Positions 9,443 through 19,335 of a stretch of DNA of 44,924 bases are shown here, in pieces. The notes beneath the pieces are model-generated. The model was not told the DNA's origin and did not search any database. It saw nothing but the letters and a program-made list of their open reading frames with translations. The stretch covers positions 1 to 44,924 of the IMG/VR virus record IMGVR_UViG_3300030450_001608; one strand, 5' to 3'. This stretch comes from a virus. Its lineage: Duplodnaviria > Caudoviricetes. Position 1 is the first letter of the stretch. Every line of letters begins with the position of its first letter. The translations under genes and the position numbers were made by a program.

Positions 9443-9788
9443 AGTAACAGAAGCAATAGACGCTGACACCGCGACGGTAGTTACCTTAGAAGATAAAGGT
9501 ACTCCAACTCGTGTGGATGGTCGCCCTGTATACCCACCAGCGACAATTCGTAAAGCATTAGCAAGCGTTCAACAACCTACCCCTGAACAATTGCAATTTT
9601 TAGAAGGTGGTGAACGTACCTCTAACACCTATAGTTTTTACCTAAATAAATCAGTACAAACTGCCGATGTAGATACCGGAACACCAGCTACCACTATTAT
9701 CCGTAGAGGTCAAAGATTTAAAGTTATCCACGTTGGTGATTGGGATGATTATGGTTGGTTCTTTGCTATAGGAGCTAAAGAAAAATGA
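9432..9788 (+). CDS. Head-closure protein (stopper)
   Basis: ASVQ..LQFLEGGER and DWDDYGW; position in the neck cluster. Confidence 0.7.
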   Translation: MPIKVTEAIDADTATVVTLEDKGTPTRVDGRPVYPPATIRKALASVQQPTPEQLQFLEGGERTSNTYSFYLNKSVQTADVDTGTPATTIIRRGQRFKVIHVGDWDDYGWFFAIGAKEK

Positions 9789-10321
9789 GTTCTTATGTAG
9801 AAGAAGCGGTTAATAAACTGGTACGAGGATTAATTAATTCTATAGTCGGTGTTCAAGAATACGCAATACCAGCGGAAGAAGATTTCCCTCGTCCGTCTGG
9901 TAATTACGCTAGTGTAAACACCAACTATATAAAACAATTAGGATGGGATGTTTCCGAATTAGAAGACAGAACTGAAGACCTTGATATTGACAACACTATT
10001 ACAGGTCTTAGGGAAATAATGCTTTCTATTAACTTCTACCGAGAAGGTGCTAAAACAGACGCTCATAAATTCCATATAGGTTTGATTAGAAATTCAACGA
10101 TAGAAACATTACAAGCAGCTAATTTAGAATTATCACGCAGAACAGAAGTTAGAAATATTTCAGAGAAGTTAGAAAACGGTTGGGAAAAACGTGCTCAACT
10201 GGATTTATTTTTAACAACATTAGTTACCGATAATGAGATTATAAGATCTATTGAAACTATATCTATTAACGGTGAATTTGAAACAGGGGTTACTTCGATC
10301 CCCATAGAAATAAAGGTGTAA
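9785..10321 (+). CDS. Tail terminator / neck protein
   Basis: Precedes the sheath gene. PRPSGNYA, SINFY, WEKRAQLD. Confidence 0.7.
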   Translation: MSSYVEEAVNKLVRGLINSIVGVQEYAIPAEEDFPRPSGNYASVNTNYIKQLGWDVSELEDRTEDLDIDNTITGLREIMLSINFYREGAKTDAHKFHIGLIRNSTIETLQAANLELSRRTEVRNISEKLENGWEKRAQLDLFLTTLVTDNEIIRSIETISINGEFETGVTSIPIEIKV

Positions 10322-10325
10322 AAAT

Positions 10326-11807
10326 ATGTCTATACCAAAAAGCTCAATCGTAGCTGTAAGTATTGCATTAGGAGCCACCTTCCCAGCTAGAGCGGGATTC
10401 GGAACTCTAAATGCGGTTACAGCGGAAACAGGTGTTATTGGATTTGCTGAACGTTCACGGTCTTATTCAGATGCAGCTAGTGTCGCCGCTGATTGGCCTG
10501 GATCTTCCGAGGTCGTTAAATTAGCTAACGCCTACTTTAGTCAGCAACCTAAACCGACATCCTTTGTCGTAAGCGTCAGAGCGGCGAATGCAGTGGCGGC
10601 TGAATTACGTGGTGGTAGTGTGGTAGAAGATACTGACAACATTGCTGAATTTGCGGCAATCTCTGACGGTAGTTTTACTATTTCTATTGACGGTGTTTCA
10701 GAAGAAATTACCGGCTTAGATTTTGGTACTATCACCACACTTGAAGACGTAGCTGATGAAATTCAAGCAGGTCTTCAGCTTGTAGGTTCTGGCGGTTATA
10801 GTTCTGCGACAGCTAATTACGATGGTGGTCGATTTTTTATCACTAGCGGAACAACTGGCGCAACCGCCACAATATCATTTTTGACAACTGCTTCAACCGG
10901 AACAGATATTTCTTCTTTGTTGCAAATGCGCCAAGGTGAATCAACTAAAGCTGACGGTATTGATCCAGAAACTATTACTGATGCACTTAACGCAATTGAG
11001 CAAAAGAATAACTCTTGGTACGGCCTTATCTTCACTAAAGAAATTCGTGAAGATGTTGAAATTAACGGTGAAGCGGCTGTAACTGCTGCCGCTAGTTGGA
11101 TTCAAGCTAGAACTAAAGTTTTCTTTAACACAACTAATGACTTGGATGTTCTGGATAGTGTTACTACTAATGATATTGCGTCTGTTCTAGATACGGGTAA
11201 TTTCAACCGGACTATGACTACATTTAGTTCTTACCCTGATCAGTATCCGTCAGCTTCTATTGCTGGTCGTGCGTTTACAGTTGATTTTAGTCAGCCGAAT
11301 TCAACATTAACTCTTAAATTTAAATCTCTTCCTGGAATCAGTGTAGAAGATATTTCTACCAATGATAAAACAGTATTGGATTCTAAACGAGCTAACGTGT
11401 TTTTCCAAGTTGCTGATACAGCTATATACGGCGAATCTTTTATGGCTGGTGATTATTTCTTTGACGAAATTCACGGCGTTGACTGGCTTACTGATGCAAT
11501 TCAAACAGAAGTTTACGGTTATTTGGTTTCTCGCACGACTAAAGTACCTTATACTGATAAAGGAACAGCAGCGCTACAGCAGCAAGTTACGAAAGTCCTA
11601 GATACAGCGGTACTGAACGGACTCATCGCTCCTGGAGAAACAGTTGATGGAACTTTCCTTGGGGCAGGGTACGAAGTTACTACTATTCCTGTAGCGGATG
11701 TTAGCGCGAGCGAGAAGCAGAATAGACAGTACAACGGTTTGAGTTTTGTTGCTCTGGGTGCAGGTGCTATCCATGGTGTTCAAATCCAAGGTACTTTTGA
11801 ACGATAA
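10326..11807 (+). CDS. Tail sheath protein (DUF3383-like)
   Basis: YFSQQPKP, TLKFKSLPG, FFDEIHGVDWL, KVPYTDKG, AGAIH. Confidence 0.9.
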   Translation: MSIPKSSIVAVSIALGATFPARAGFGTLNAVTAETGVIGFAERSRSYSDAASVAADWPGSSEVVKLANAYFSQQPKPTSFVVSVRAANAVAAELRGGSVVEDTDNIAEFAAISDGSFTISIDGVSEEITGLDFGTITTLEDVADEIQAGLQLVGSGGYSSATANYDGGRFFITSGTTGATATISFLTTASTGTDISSLLQMRQGESTKADGIDPETITDALNAIEQKNNSWYGLIFTKEIREDVEINGEAAVTAAASWIQARTKVFFNTTNDLDVLDSVTTNDIASVLDTGNFNRTMTTFSSYPDQYPSASIAGRAFTVDFSQPNSTLTLKFKSLPGISVEDISTNDKTVLDSKRANVFFQVADTAIYGESFMAGDYFFDEIHGVDWLTDAIQTEVYGYLVSRTTKVPYTDKGTAALQQQVTKVLDTAVLNGLIAPGETVDGTFLGAGYEVTTIPVADVSASEKQNRQYNGLSFVALGAGAIHGVQIQGTFER

Positions 11808-11817
11808 GGGGTAAATC

Positions 11818-12237
11818 ATGCAAAATTATTCATTTTTAAACACTGTCTTATTGATTAACGGTGTTGAAATTACAGGGTATGACGAAGGTGACGACGTTAT
11901 ACAATTAGCTCGCTTGGGTGATTCAGCTAGTCATATTATAGGCGCTGACGGTCTTATGACTGTTAACCTTAGTGCTGACCGTTCTGGTGAGATTATTTTC
12001 CGAGTACAACAGACTTCAGATTCTAATTCTTATCTGTCAGGCTTAATCACTGCTCAGGAAAATGGTATATTCGTTCCTATCTTTGCACAATTTAAAGACA
12101 CGAGAAATAACGATTTAGGTTCGGGGACACAAGGTTATATCCCTAGACCTGCCGATATTACTCGCGGCACTGGGATGAACTCGCAAGAGTGGCGAATTGT
12201 AGTAGAACGTCTAGATATGTTGCATCTAGGCGGTTAA
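11818..12237 (+). CDS. Tail tube protein (DUF3277-like)
   Basis: Follows the sheath gene. IGADG and QTSDSNSYL. Confidence 0.85.
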   Translation: MQNYSFLNTVLLINGVEITGYDEGDDVIQLARLGDSASHIIGADGLMTVNLSADRSGEIIFRVQQTSDSNSYLSGLITAQENGIFVPIFAQFKDTRNNDLGSGTQGYIPRPADITRGTGMNSQEWRIVVERLDMLHLGG

Positions 12238-12332
12238 GTATTAGAGGGGAATTTGCAACGCAAAATAGTTTCTCCGGCTTACTATTTTGGAATTCCCCTC
12301 TACCTAAGTCCGGAATAAGTTGGAGAAATAAA

Positions 12333-12770
12333 ATGTCTTGTAAAACAGAAGAAAAAATCATTAACGAAGTACAATATGTTTGTACTCAATTCCCCGCTAT
12401 TCAGGGTATGAAATTCAAAATGGAACTAATTGCAATGCTTGGTAATACCTTACCTGATATTGTTGCGATGGCTTCCAATAAAAATAAAAGTAAAGAAGAA
12501 CAAATTTCAAGTTTTTCTCACGCTGCTCAAAAATTATTTGAATCAGCTCCTCCTGAAAAAGTAGTAGATCTAATTGTTAGAATGTTAACAACTGGTCATA
12601 CTAAAAGGGACGGTGAGCGTATAACTGAATCTATTTTTAATAATGTATATGCAGGTGATAATCTATCAGAAGCATACAAAGCTTTCGGATTTATTATTCA
12701 GGTAAATTATAAGGGTTTTTTCAAAGGGCAGGGTCTAGGAAGCGAACTGTCCAAAGAGGGGAACCAGTAG
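12333..12770 (+). CDS. Tail assembly chaperone (G-like); true start at ATG 12333
   Basis: GGAGA RBS; lies between tube and tape-measure genes; slippery site near the 3' end. Confidence 0.8.
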   Translation: MSCKTEEKIINEVQYVCTQFPAIQGMKFKMELIAMLGNTLPDIVAMASNKNKSKEEQISSFSHAAQKLFESAPPEKVVDLIVRMLTTGHTKRDGERITESIFNNVYAGDNLSEAYKAFGFIIQVNYKGFFKGQGLGSELSKEGNQ

Positions 12771-12952
12771 ACCTTTCCGATTTTAAAAACGTGGATCCAT
12801 GGTTACATAGACCTGTAATTGCGGATCCCCCTCTATGCACTCTCAAAGAGTTACAAGACGGAACTTATTCTATAGAGGATGTATTAATACTTAACGAGAT
12901 ACTAGATGTAAAGAATCATCTAAAACCCAAGGAGAAAAGAAATGCTAGATGA
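12713..12952 (+). CDS. -1 frameshift extension of the tail chaperone (GT-like), missing from the ORF track
   Basis: The -1 frame opens right after TAA at GGGTTTTTTC (12713-12722) and reads ...WLHRPVIADPPLCTLKELQDGTYSIEDVLILNEILDVK... to TGA at 12950-12952. Confidence 0.8.
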   Translation, partial: GFFQRAGSRKRTVQRGEPVDLSDFKNVDPWLHRPVIADPPLCTLKELQDGTYSIEDVLILNEILDVKNHLKPKEKRNAR

Positions 12953-14549
12953 ATTACTCGTGGGATTAGGGTTTGAATTTGACCCTGAAGATATAGAGAA
13001 ATTTAATAGCGAACTTGACAAGGGTATTAACCTCGTTTCTAAACTTGGAACCGCTGTAGTGGCAGGGACAGCCGCTTTAGTCGGTTTTTCTACCGTTGTA
13101 ACAGCCGCTACAGACCGTCAAGGTAAATTATCTGAAGAAACAGATATAGCTGTCGGTATGATTGACGCTTTATCATTTTCCCTTTCTCGTGTAGGTGGTG
13201 ATTCCAATTCGTTAGAAGGTGATATAAGAGCATTATCTATAGGTATATCGGAAGCTTCACGCGGAGTAGGTTCAGCGGTTGAAGCCTTCGGTATATTGGG
13301 GGTATCTGCTACTGACGCTCAAGGTAATTTAAAACCTACAGTTGACGTACTTATGGAAGTCGCTGATGCGATGCAAAATTTACCCCGTAGCCAACAATAC
13401 GAACTAGCTAATAAAGTCGGTTTAGGTAATTCTATAAGATTATTACAGCAAGGTTCTGACGGTATACGCGAGTTAATTTCAGAAGCCGAAGCATTAGGTG
13501 TAGCAACAGAAGAAGATGCTGCGATATCCGCTGATTTCCAAGACGGACTTACCAATTTAGCTCAAATTTCAAAACAATTTTCAAGAACACTTTCCCGCGA
13601 ATTAACTCCTATTTTGGAATCACTTACTAATACGATTGAAGATTGGTGGAAACAAAATAGACAATTAATAGAACAACGTTTACCTACGTATATCGGTTAT
13701 ATTACTACAGCATTAAAGCTCCTCACGATCGCGACAGCGGGTTTTATAGCTTTAAAGTTTGTAGGGGTATTGTTAAGTATGGTTAAAGCCTTCAAAGCCG
13801 TTCAGCTTTCCGCTCTATTAGCTAATGCGGCTATAGCTGCTTTACCCGCTTTAATCGCAACCATAGTCGCGGGGATAGGTCTTCTTGCTGAAGACGCCAA
13901 TGTGTTTTTCGAAGGTGGTGAAAGCTTCATTGGAAATATGATTAAGAAATATCCTCAATGGGCTGACGAATTAAGAACGGTAGCTGCAATATTCGCAACT
14001 ATATACGATTTGACTTCAATGGTGTTTGAGGGATGGGGTTTAATATTTGATTTGTTTTCAACAGATCTTAAAACTCATATTCTAGCTTTCAAAATGATAA
14101 TGTCTGATATCGGTGAATACATTACTGGTATTTTTGACAATACTATACAAAGTATAGAAAATCTATTCATTGGTTTATGGGAAGGGGTAAAACGTAAATT
14201 CGAAGAAAACGTTATGCAACCTATATCTAATGGTATAGATAAAATAGGTAATTTCTTTAGTTTCGGACAAGACGAAGAAAATACAGATGGTGAATTTCTA
14301 AACAATGTTCAAAATACAATAAACTCAGAATCATCTAATTTAGGAGCTTCAGGTTTAACTAGATCTGATACTCGTAATACTGTTTCTAATTCTGTTAGTT
14401 TAGGTGGTATAAAGGTAGAAGTTAATAATCAAGGTTCAGGTTCTATAGGTCGGGCTGAAGCTCAACAAATTGCTAGAGATATAAATACGGAATTACAGCC
14501 TATCTTTGAACAAGCTTCTAAAGATTTAAATAGTACGGTGGAACTATAA
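12942..14549 (+). CDS. Tape measure protein
   Basis: MLDELLVGLGF start, helical Ala/Gly-rich body, hydrophobic segments, position. Confidence 0.85.
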   Translation: MLDELLVGLGFEFDPEDIEKFNSELDKGINLVSKLGTAVVAGTAALVGFSTVVTAATDRQGKLSEETDIAVGMIDALSFSLSRVGGDSNSLEGDIRALSIGISEASRGVGSAVEAFGILGVSATDAQGNLKPTVDVLMEVADAMQNLPRSQQYELANKVGLGNSIRLLQQGSDGIRELISEAEALGVATEEDAAISADFQDGLTNLAQISKQFSRTLSRELTPILESLTNTIEDWWKQNRQLIEQRLPTYIGYITTALKLLTIATAGFIALKFVGVLLSMVKAFKAVQLSALLANAAIAALPALIATIVAGIGLLAEDANVFFEGGESFIGNMIKKYPQWADELRTVAAIFATIYDLTSMVFEGWGLIFDLFSTDLKTHILAFKMIMSDIGEYITGIFDNTIQSIENLFIGLWEGVKRKFEENVMQPISNGIDKIGNFFSFGQDEENTDGEFLNNVQNTINSESSNLGASGLTRSDTRNTVSNSVSLGGIKVEVNNQGSGSIGRAEAQQIARDINTELQPIFEQASKDLNSTVEL

Positions 14550-15154
14550 TGGCTTTTGAGAATTTATTTGTAAGAACAAAAAGAAGCATTGGTGGTATCC
14601 AATTAGATAATGTTGTTTTAGAAGATCATACTGGTTCTGTAAGATTAACTAAAAATCCAGTTGAAGCTGGGGCGGATATAACTGACCATGCTATAGTAGA
14701 GCCGGATATAATTAGTATTTCAGGAGTTGTTACAGATACCCCTCTAGGAAGTGCAGCATTAGGTCAGATAATAAGCACAGTTACAGATTTATTCGGTACT
14801 TCTAACGACTCTAATTTAACTCGTAGTCAACAAGCTTTCAACGCTTTTAAAGAATTAAAAAACAGAGCTGAACCCTTGGAAATAGATACTAAATTACAGA
14901 CCTATTCCAACATGGTTATTACTAGTTTAAGAACTTCTCAAGATAAGAACACTTCCCGTTCTTTATTTATAGATATAACTTTGGAAGAAGTAATTCTTAC
15001 CGAATCTGAAACTATTAAGTTAGGTGAAGATGATTTATTTTCAGACGTTTCTAAAACTGCGAGTTCCGTTGTTGAAAAAGGTAAACAAGAAGTTAATTCG
15101 GTATCTGAGACAGTTAATAGTTCAGTCTTAAATACGATTTCAGGGTGGTTTTAA
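14549..15154 (+). CDS. Tail-tube initiator / Dit-like baseplate protein
   Basis: TKNPVEAGADITDHA and YSNMVITSL. Confidence 0.75.
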   Translation: MAFENLFVRTKRSIGGIQLDNVVLEDHTGSVRLTKNPVEAGADITDHAIVEPDIISISGVVTDTPLGSAALGQIISTVTDLFGTSNDSNLTRSQQAFNAFKELKNRAEPLEIDTKLQTYSNMVITSLRTSQDKNTSRSLFIDITLEEVILTESETIKLGEDDLFSDVSKTASSVVEKGKQEVNSVSETVNSSVLNTISGWF

Positions 15155-15156
15155 TT

Positions 15157-15477
15157 ATGGCTTTGGAAATACCAATTACTAACGAAGGAGCTCAATCATT
15201 TAGAGCTACATTACAAGGTAATACATATCAATTTTTTATTTCTTATAATTCTAGAATGGAAATCTGGTATATGGATATCGCTTTGAATAATGTATCTCTA
15301 GCTTCTGGTGTTGCTCTATTAGGTGGTACAGATTTAGTCGGTCAATATGCTATAGATCTTAAGAATTTATATGCTGTAAATATAGACAATCCTAATATCG
15401 ATGCGAATGCTGATAATTTAGGAGAAGAAGTTTTACTGATTAAATTGATTGATGCGGAGGTTAATTCTATTGGCTAA
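15157..15477 (+). CDS. Baseplate protein
   Basis: YNSRMEIWYMDI..GVALLGGTDL; position. Confidence 0.7.
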   Translation: MALEIPITNEGAQSFRATLQGNTYQFFISYNSRMEIWYMDIALNNVSLASGVALLGGTDLVGQYAIDLKNLYAVNIDNPNIDANADNLGEEVLLIKLIDAEVNSIG

Positions 15478-16339
15478 GCAATTTAAAAGAACTTATTCTC
15501 TAATATTATCAGGTTCAGTTAGTAAATCTATAACTGATTTACGTATTGTTTTCGATATAACTAAAAGTAATCGTAGCTACCCTAATATCGCCAAGATAGA
15601 TATTTATAATCCTAATGATGAAACGGTATCTATGATAACTTCTGATGACCCTCTTATAATATTAAAAGCAGGGTACGAAGGCAATCAAGGAATTTTATTC
15701 AGAGGTAAACAGCGTAATGTATTTGATAACCGATTAGCTGAAGATAGAATACTAACGATATACGCTGCTGACGGTTATCGCGATTGGGATTCAGCTATCT
15801 ATAATAAAACTCTATCTGAAAATTTAAAAATAAAAGATATTGTGTTAGAGTTATTTCAAACGTTAACGGGTAGCGGCGAAGTGACTATAGGTTCTATAGA
15901 AGGCTTGGAGCAACCGGCCGATAAACTTAGAGGTCAAACGTTAAGCGGGTCTTCTAAAGATATATTAGATTTACTAGCCGAAGACTATAATTTCAAATGG
16001 AGTATACAAGACGGTGAAATAATACTTACGGAAGAATATAATGCGATAGATTATCTTGAGTCGGTATTACTTAACCAGAATACAGGTTTGATAGGTTCTC
16101 CAACAGTTACTGAAATAGGTGCAGAAGCGGTAAGCCTTATAAATCCTAATTTACTTCCAGGAAGATTATTTACTATAGAATCCAGGAGCTCTCAATTGGC
16201 ATTATCAAATCTACAATTTAGAAATGTTAGACGTAGTTCTGCCAATGGTACATACAGAGCATATGAAGTTTCTTTTAAAGGAGATACCCATAGTAATCAA
16301 TGGTTCTCTTTAGTTAAAGGTATATCCCAAAGTGCTTGA
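15470..16339 (+). CDS. Baseplate hub protein (likely TTG start at 15470)
   Basis: GGAGG at 15456. IDIYN, LKAGY, WSIQDG, TGLIGSP, GDTH. Confidence 0.8.
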   Translation: MAKQFKRTYSLILSGSVSKSITDLRIVFDITKSNRSYPNIAKIDIYNPNDETVSMITSDDPLIILKAGYEGNQGILFRGKQRNVFDNRLAEDRILTIYAADGYRDWDSAIYNKTLSENLKIKDIVLELFQTLTGSGEVTIGSIEGLEQPADKLRGQTLSGSSKDILDLLAEDYNFKWSIQDGEIILTEEYNAIDYLESVLLNQNTGLIGSPTVTEIGAEAVSLINPNLLPGRLFTIESRSSQLALSNLQFRNVRRSSANGTYRAYEVSFKGDTHSNQWFSLVKGISQSA

Positions 16340-17099
16340 TAAAAGATCTAATGAATCTAACGGCGGTTTACCTGGACTTATACGTCAGGGTGTAACTAAT
16401 TATATGAAGGACGTCCATACGTGCCTTCCTGGAAAAATATTAGAATTTGACCCTGAAAAACAAATTGCCAAAATTCAACTATTAATCAAACGTATATTTA
16501 AAGAAGACCGAGTTTTAGATTTACCTCCTTTAATAAATGTTATCGTATGGCAACCGAAAGCAGGCGGTTATTCTATAACATTTCCTATAAAACCTGACGA
16601 TGAATGTTTAGTCTTGTTTTCAGAACGCTCTTTAGATGCTTGGTATAAATCAGGCCAATCTAAAAAACCTACTAATTATAGAATGCACTCTTTTTCTGAT
16701 GCGATATGCTTGGTAGGTATGAGTTCAGAACCTAACGTTATTACAGATTATGATCCTGATAATTTGCAAATACGTAATTCTGAAAAAGACCAGACATTTA
16801 CCATGTTAGCTAATAAAGATATAAATATTACTACAGGTACAGTTTCTTTCGAATTGATTAACGAAGGTGAAGAAGTTAAGATTAACGCACCTTCCAAAAT
16901 GACAGTTACTTCACCGGAAACTGAATTTACAGGTAATGTGACTATAGCTGGCACGACCACAATGCAGTCTGACGCGTCTGTAGACGGTAATATAGATATA
17001 ACAGGTATTAGCTCAGCGGCCGATCACGATAGCGACGGTATAAGCGGTAAAGAACATATTCACGCTCATGGTACACCTAATACAGGACCTCCTCAATGA
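16332..17099 (+). CDS. Baseplate central spike (gp138/gpV-like)
   Basis: PIKPDDECLVLFSER, RMHSFSDA, and C-terminal HIHAH..TGPP iron-binding tip. Confidence 0.85.
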   Translation: MLDKRSNESNGGLPGLIRQGVTNYMKDVHTCLPGKILEFDPEKQIAKIQLLIKRIFKEDRVLDLPPLINVIVWQPKAGGYSITFPIKPDDECLVLFSERSLDAWYKSGQSKKPTNYRMHSFSDAICLVGMSSEPNVITDYDPDNLQIRNSEKDQTFTMLANKDINITTGTVSFELINEGEEVKINAPSKMTVTSPETEFTGNVTIAGTTTMQSDASVDGNIDITGISSAADHDSDGISGKEHIHAHGTPNTGPPQ

Positions 17100-17458
17100 T
17101 AAGTAAAGCGTTAGATAAAAATAATGATTTAGTTTTAATTAATGGTTCTTTTGCAACTGTTAACGAAGGTGAGCAGGTAGCGCAACATATACGGACTCGT
17201 CTACTATTTTATATTCGTGAATGGTTTTTAAATGTCAATTCCGGAACACCTTGGTTTGATGAAGTTTTTGTAAGACCTGTAGATTTAAGTCGCGTTGAAA
17301 CTATAATTAAAAATAGAATTAGAACTACTCCAGGTGTTACCGAGCTAACATATTTCAGATTAGAATTGGAAAGAGATACTAGAAAATTACAAGTTTCCTT
17401 TTCTGCTAATACAGATTTCGGAACACTTGATCAACAGGAGATATATTTAAATGTCTAG
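17096..17458 (+). CDS. Baseplate wedge (gp25/W-like)
   Basis: EWFLN..GTPW and RIRTTPGV. Confidence 0.8.
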   Translation: MISKALDKNNDLVLINGSFATVNEGEQVAQHIRTRLLFYIREWFLNVNSGTPWFDEVFVRPVDLSRVETIIKNRIRTTPGVTELTYFRLELERDTRKLQVSFSANTDFGTLDQQEIYLNV

Positions 17459-18617
17459 CGGAATAACCCCTACTGGATTCCAGCGGAAAAGGTTAAATGA
17501 AATAAAAACAGACTTGGAAGCATTGTTCCAAACTGTTTATGGTAATAATATAAATCTGTCCCCTGAATCGCCTGACGGACAAATTATCGGTTTACTTGCT
17601 GGTTCATTTTCCGACCTTTGGGAAATTGCTGAGGGAGCGTACAATGCATATAATCCATCAGCGGCTACCGGTGCAACCCTTAGTAATTTGGTACAGATTA
17701 ACGGTATTACCCGTAATGAAGCTTCCTCTTCGGTGGTTGTATTGACGTTTACAGGTGTAAATAATACGACTATACCTGCTGGGACTTTGGTAAGTCATAT
17801 TACTTCTCAGGAACAATTTTCAACAGACGTAAATGTAGTGATATCTGGTGGTTCTGCTAATGTTACCGCTAGCTCGGTTAATACTGGTGTTATAGAAGCT
17901 TCTGCAGGAACACTCACAGAAATAGAAACCCCTATAACTGGCGTCGCTTCTGTAACGAATATCGAAGATGCTAATGTAGGTTCAGAAAGAGAAACAGATG
18001 TTGAATTAAGAGCTAGACGTTTACAATCCTTAGCTATAAGTTCTCAATCTACCGTTGACTCTCTCTACTCGGTTATTTCTAATTTGGAATTCGTTACCCA
18101 AACAACCATATTGGAAAACGACACAGATGTTACAGATAGTAACGGATTACCTCCTCATTCAATTCAAGCGATCGTGGTAGGTGGTTTAGATGAAGATATT
18201 GGAAATGCTATATGGTTAAATAAACCGGCAGGTATAAATTCTTTCGGGGACGATTCGGTTGTCATTTTAGACTCACAAGGTTTACCTCATACTATTAATT
18301 TTTCAAGACCTGATATCGTTGATATTTATGTTTTAGTAGAATTAACCAAGTTTTCTAATTACCCTGCTAACGGTGACCAACTTATAAAACAGGCTATTGT
18401 AGATTATTGTAACGGTAATTTAGTTGAAGGAAGAGGCTTTGGTTTAGGTGAAGATGTAATATTCTCAGAATTATACACTCCTATCAATAGCATTATAGGT
18501 CATCAGATTGACGAGTTGTATATTAGTATTTCTCCTGTCCCTACTTCTCAGTCTAATATTGTTATAGATATAAATGAGATTTCAAACTTTACAGTAGATA
18601 ATATCTCGGTGGTTTAA
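17451..18617 (+). CDS. Baseplate J-like protein
   Basis: SPDGQ, ETDVELRAR, LPPHSI..V.GG, KPAGI. Confidence 0.9.
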   Translation: MSSGITPTGFQRKRLNEIKTDLEALFQTVYGNNINLSPESPDGQIIGLLAGSFSDLWEIAEGAYNAYNPSAATGATLSNLVQINGITRNEASSSVVVLTFTGVNNTTIPAGTLVSHITSQEQFSTDVNVVISGGSANVTASSVNTGVIEASAGTLTEIETPITGVASVTNIEDANVGSERETDVELRARRLQSLAISSQSTVDSLYSVISNLEFVTQTTILENDTDVTDSNGLPPHSIQAIVVGGLDEDIGNAIWLNKPAGINSFGDDSVVILDSQGLPHTINFSRPDIVDIYVLVELTKFSNYPANGDQLIKQAIVDYCNGNLVEGRGFGLGEDVIFSELYTPINSIIGHQIDELYISISPVPTSQSNIVIDINEISNFTVDNISVV

Positions 18618-18618
18618 A

Positions 18619-19323
18619 ATGACTGATTTAGTAAACCATACTTCCAAAGCTCTTTCAAGATTAGCTACTCAATTTAAAGAGTCTGTTAATCTTAAAACTT
18701 ATATATCTAATTTACTTTCTGAATCTGAAAATTTAGAATCAGCTTTCCAACAATTATTAGAAGAAAGATGGATAGAAACAGCCGTAGGTTTCCAACTAGA
18801 TATAATTGGCGCTATTGTAGGTCAGCCGAGAGTTATAATCGAAGGTAGTATATTCACTTATTTTGGATTTTTAGGTAATCCTAGTTCTGATTCTTTCGGT
18901 GATATTAACAATGCTTTTGTAGGTTCGCCTTTTGCTTCTATTGATACAATATTAACAGGTAATCGGACATTAACTGATTCTGAATATAGATTATTTATAA
19001 AAGCTAGAATAGTTAAAAATATATCTAATTCTACACCTGAAGATATAATATCACAATATAAATATTTATTTGATGCAGGTCAAATTATATTTGAAGACGG
19101 TGATACCGAGTATACTGTATCTATAGGTAAAAAATTAACCCCTAACGATAGAGCTTTATTAGATAATACCGATATTATTTCTAAAACCGCTGGTGTTAGG
19201 GTTAACTATAAGGCATCTTATGATTATAATAGGTTTTTCGGATTTAAAGGTGTTGAAAATTCTAAAGGTTTCGGGAGCAATAGTTCACCTGAAATCGGCG
19301 GTTATTTCGGCGAATTAATTTAA
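18619..19323 (+). CDS. Baseplate wedge protein (DUF2612-like)
   Basis: TAVGFQLDIIGAIVG and LTDSEYRLFIKARIVKN. Confidence 0.8.
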   Translation: MTDLVNHTSKALSRLATQFKESVNLKTYISNLLSESENLESAFQQLLEERWIETAVGFQLDIIGAIVGQPRVIIEGSIFTYFGFLGNPSSDSFGDINNAFVGSPFASIDTILTGNRTLTDSEYRLFIKARIVKNISNSTPEDIISQYKYLFDAGQIIFEDGDTEYTVSIGKKLTPNDRALLDNTDIISKTAGVRVNYKASYDYNRFFGFKGVENSKGFGSNSSPEIGGYFGELI

Positions 19324-19335
19324 CAAGGTGATAAT

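Noticed and set aside
12189-12332. N-terminal extension of the tail chaperone in the ORF track
   Set aside because: It overlaps the tube gene and the stem-loop; the RBS supports ATG 12333.
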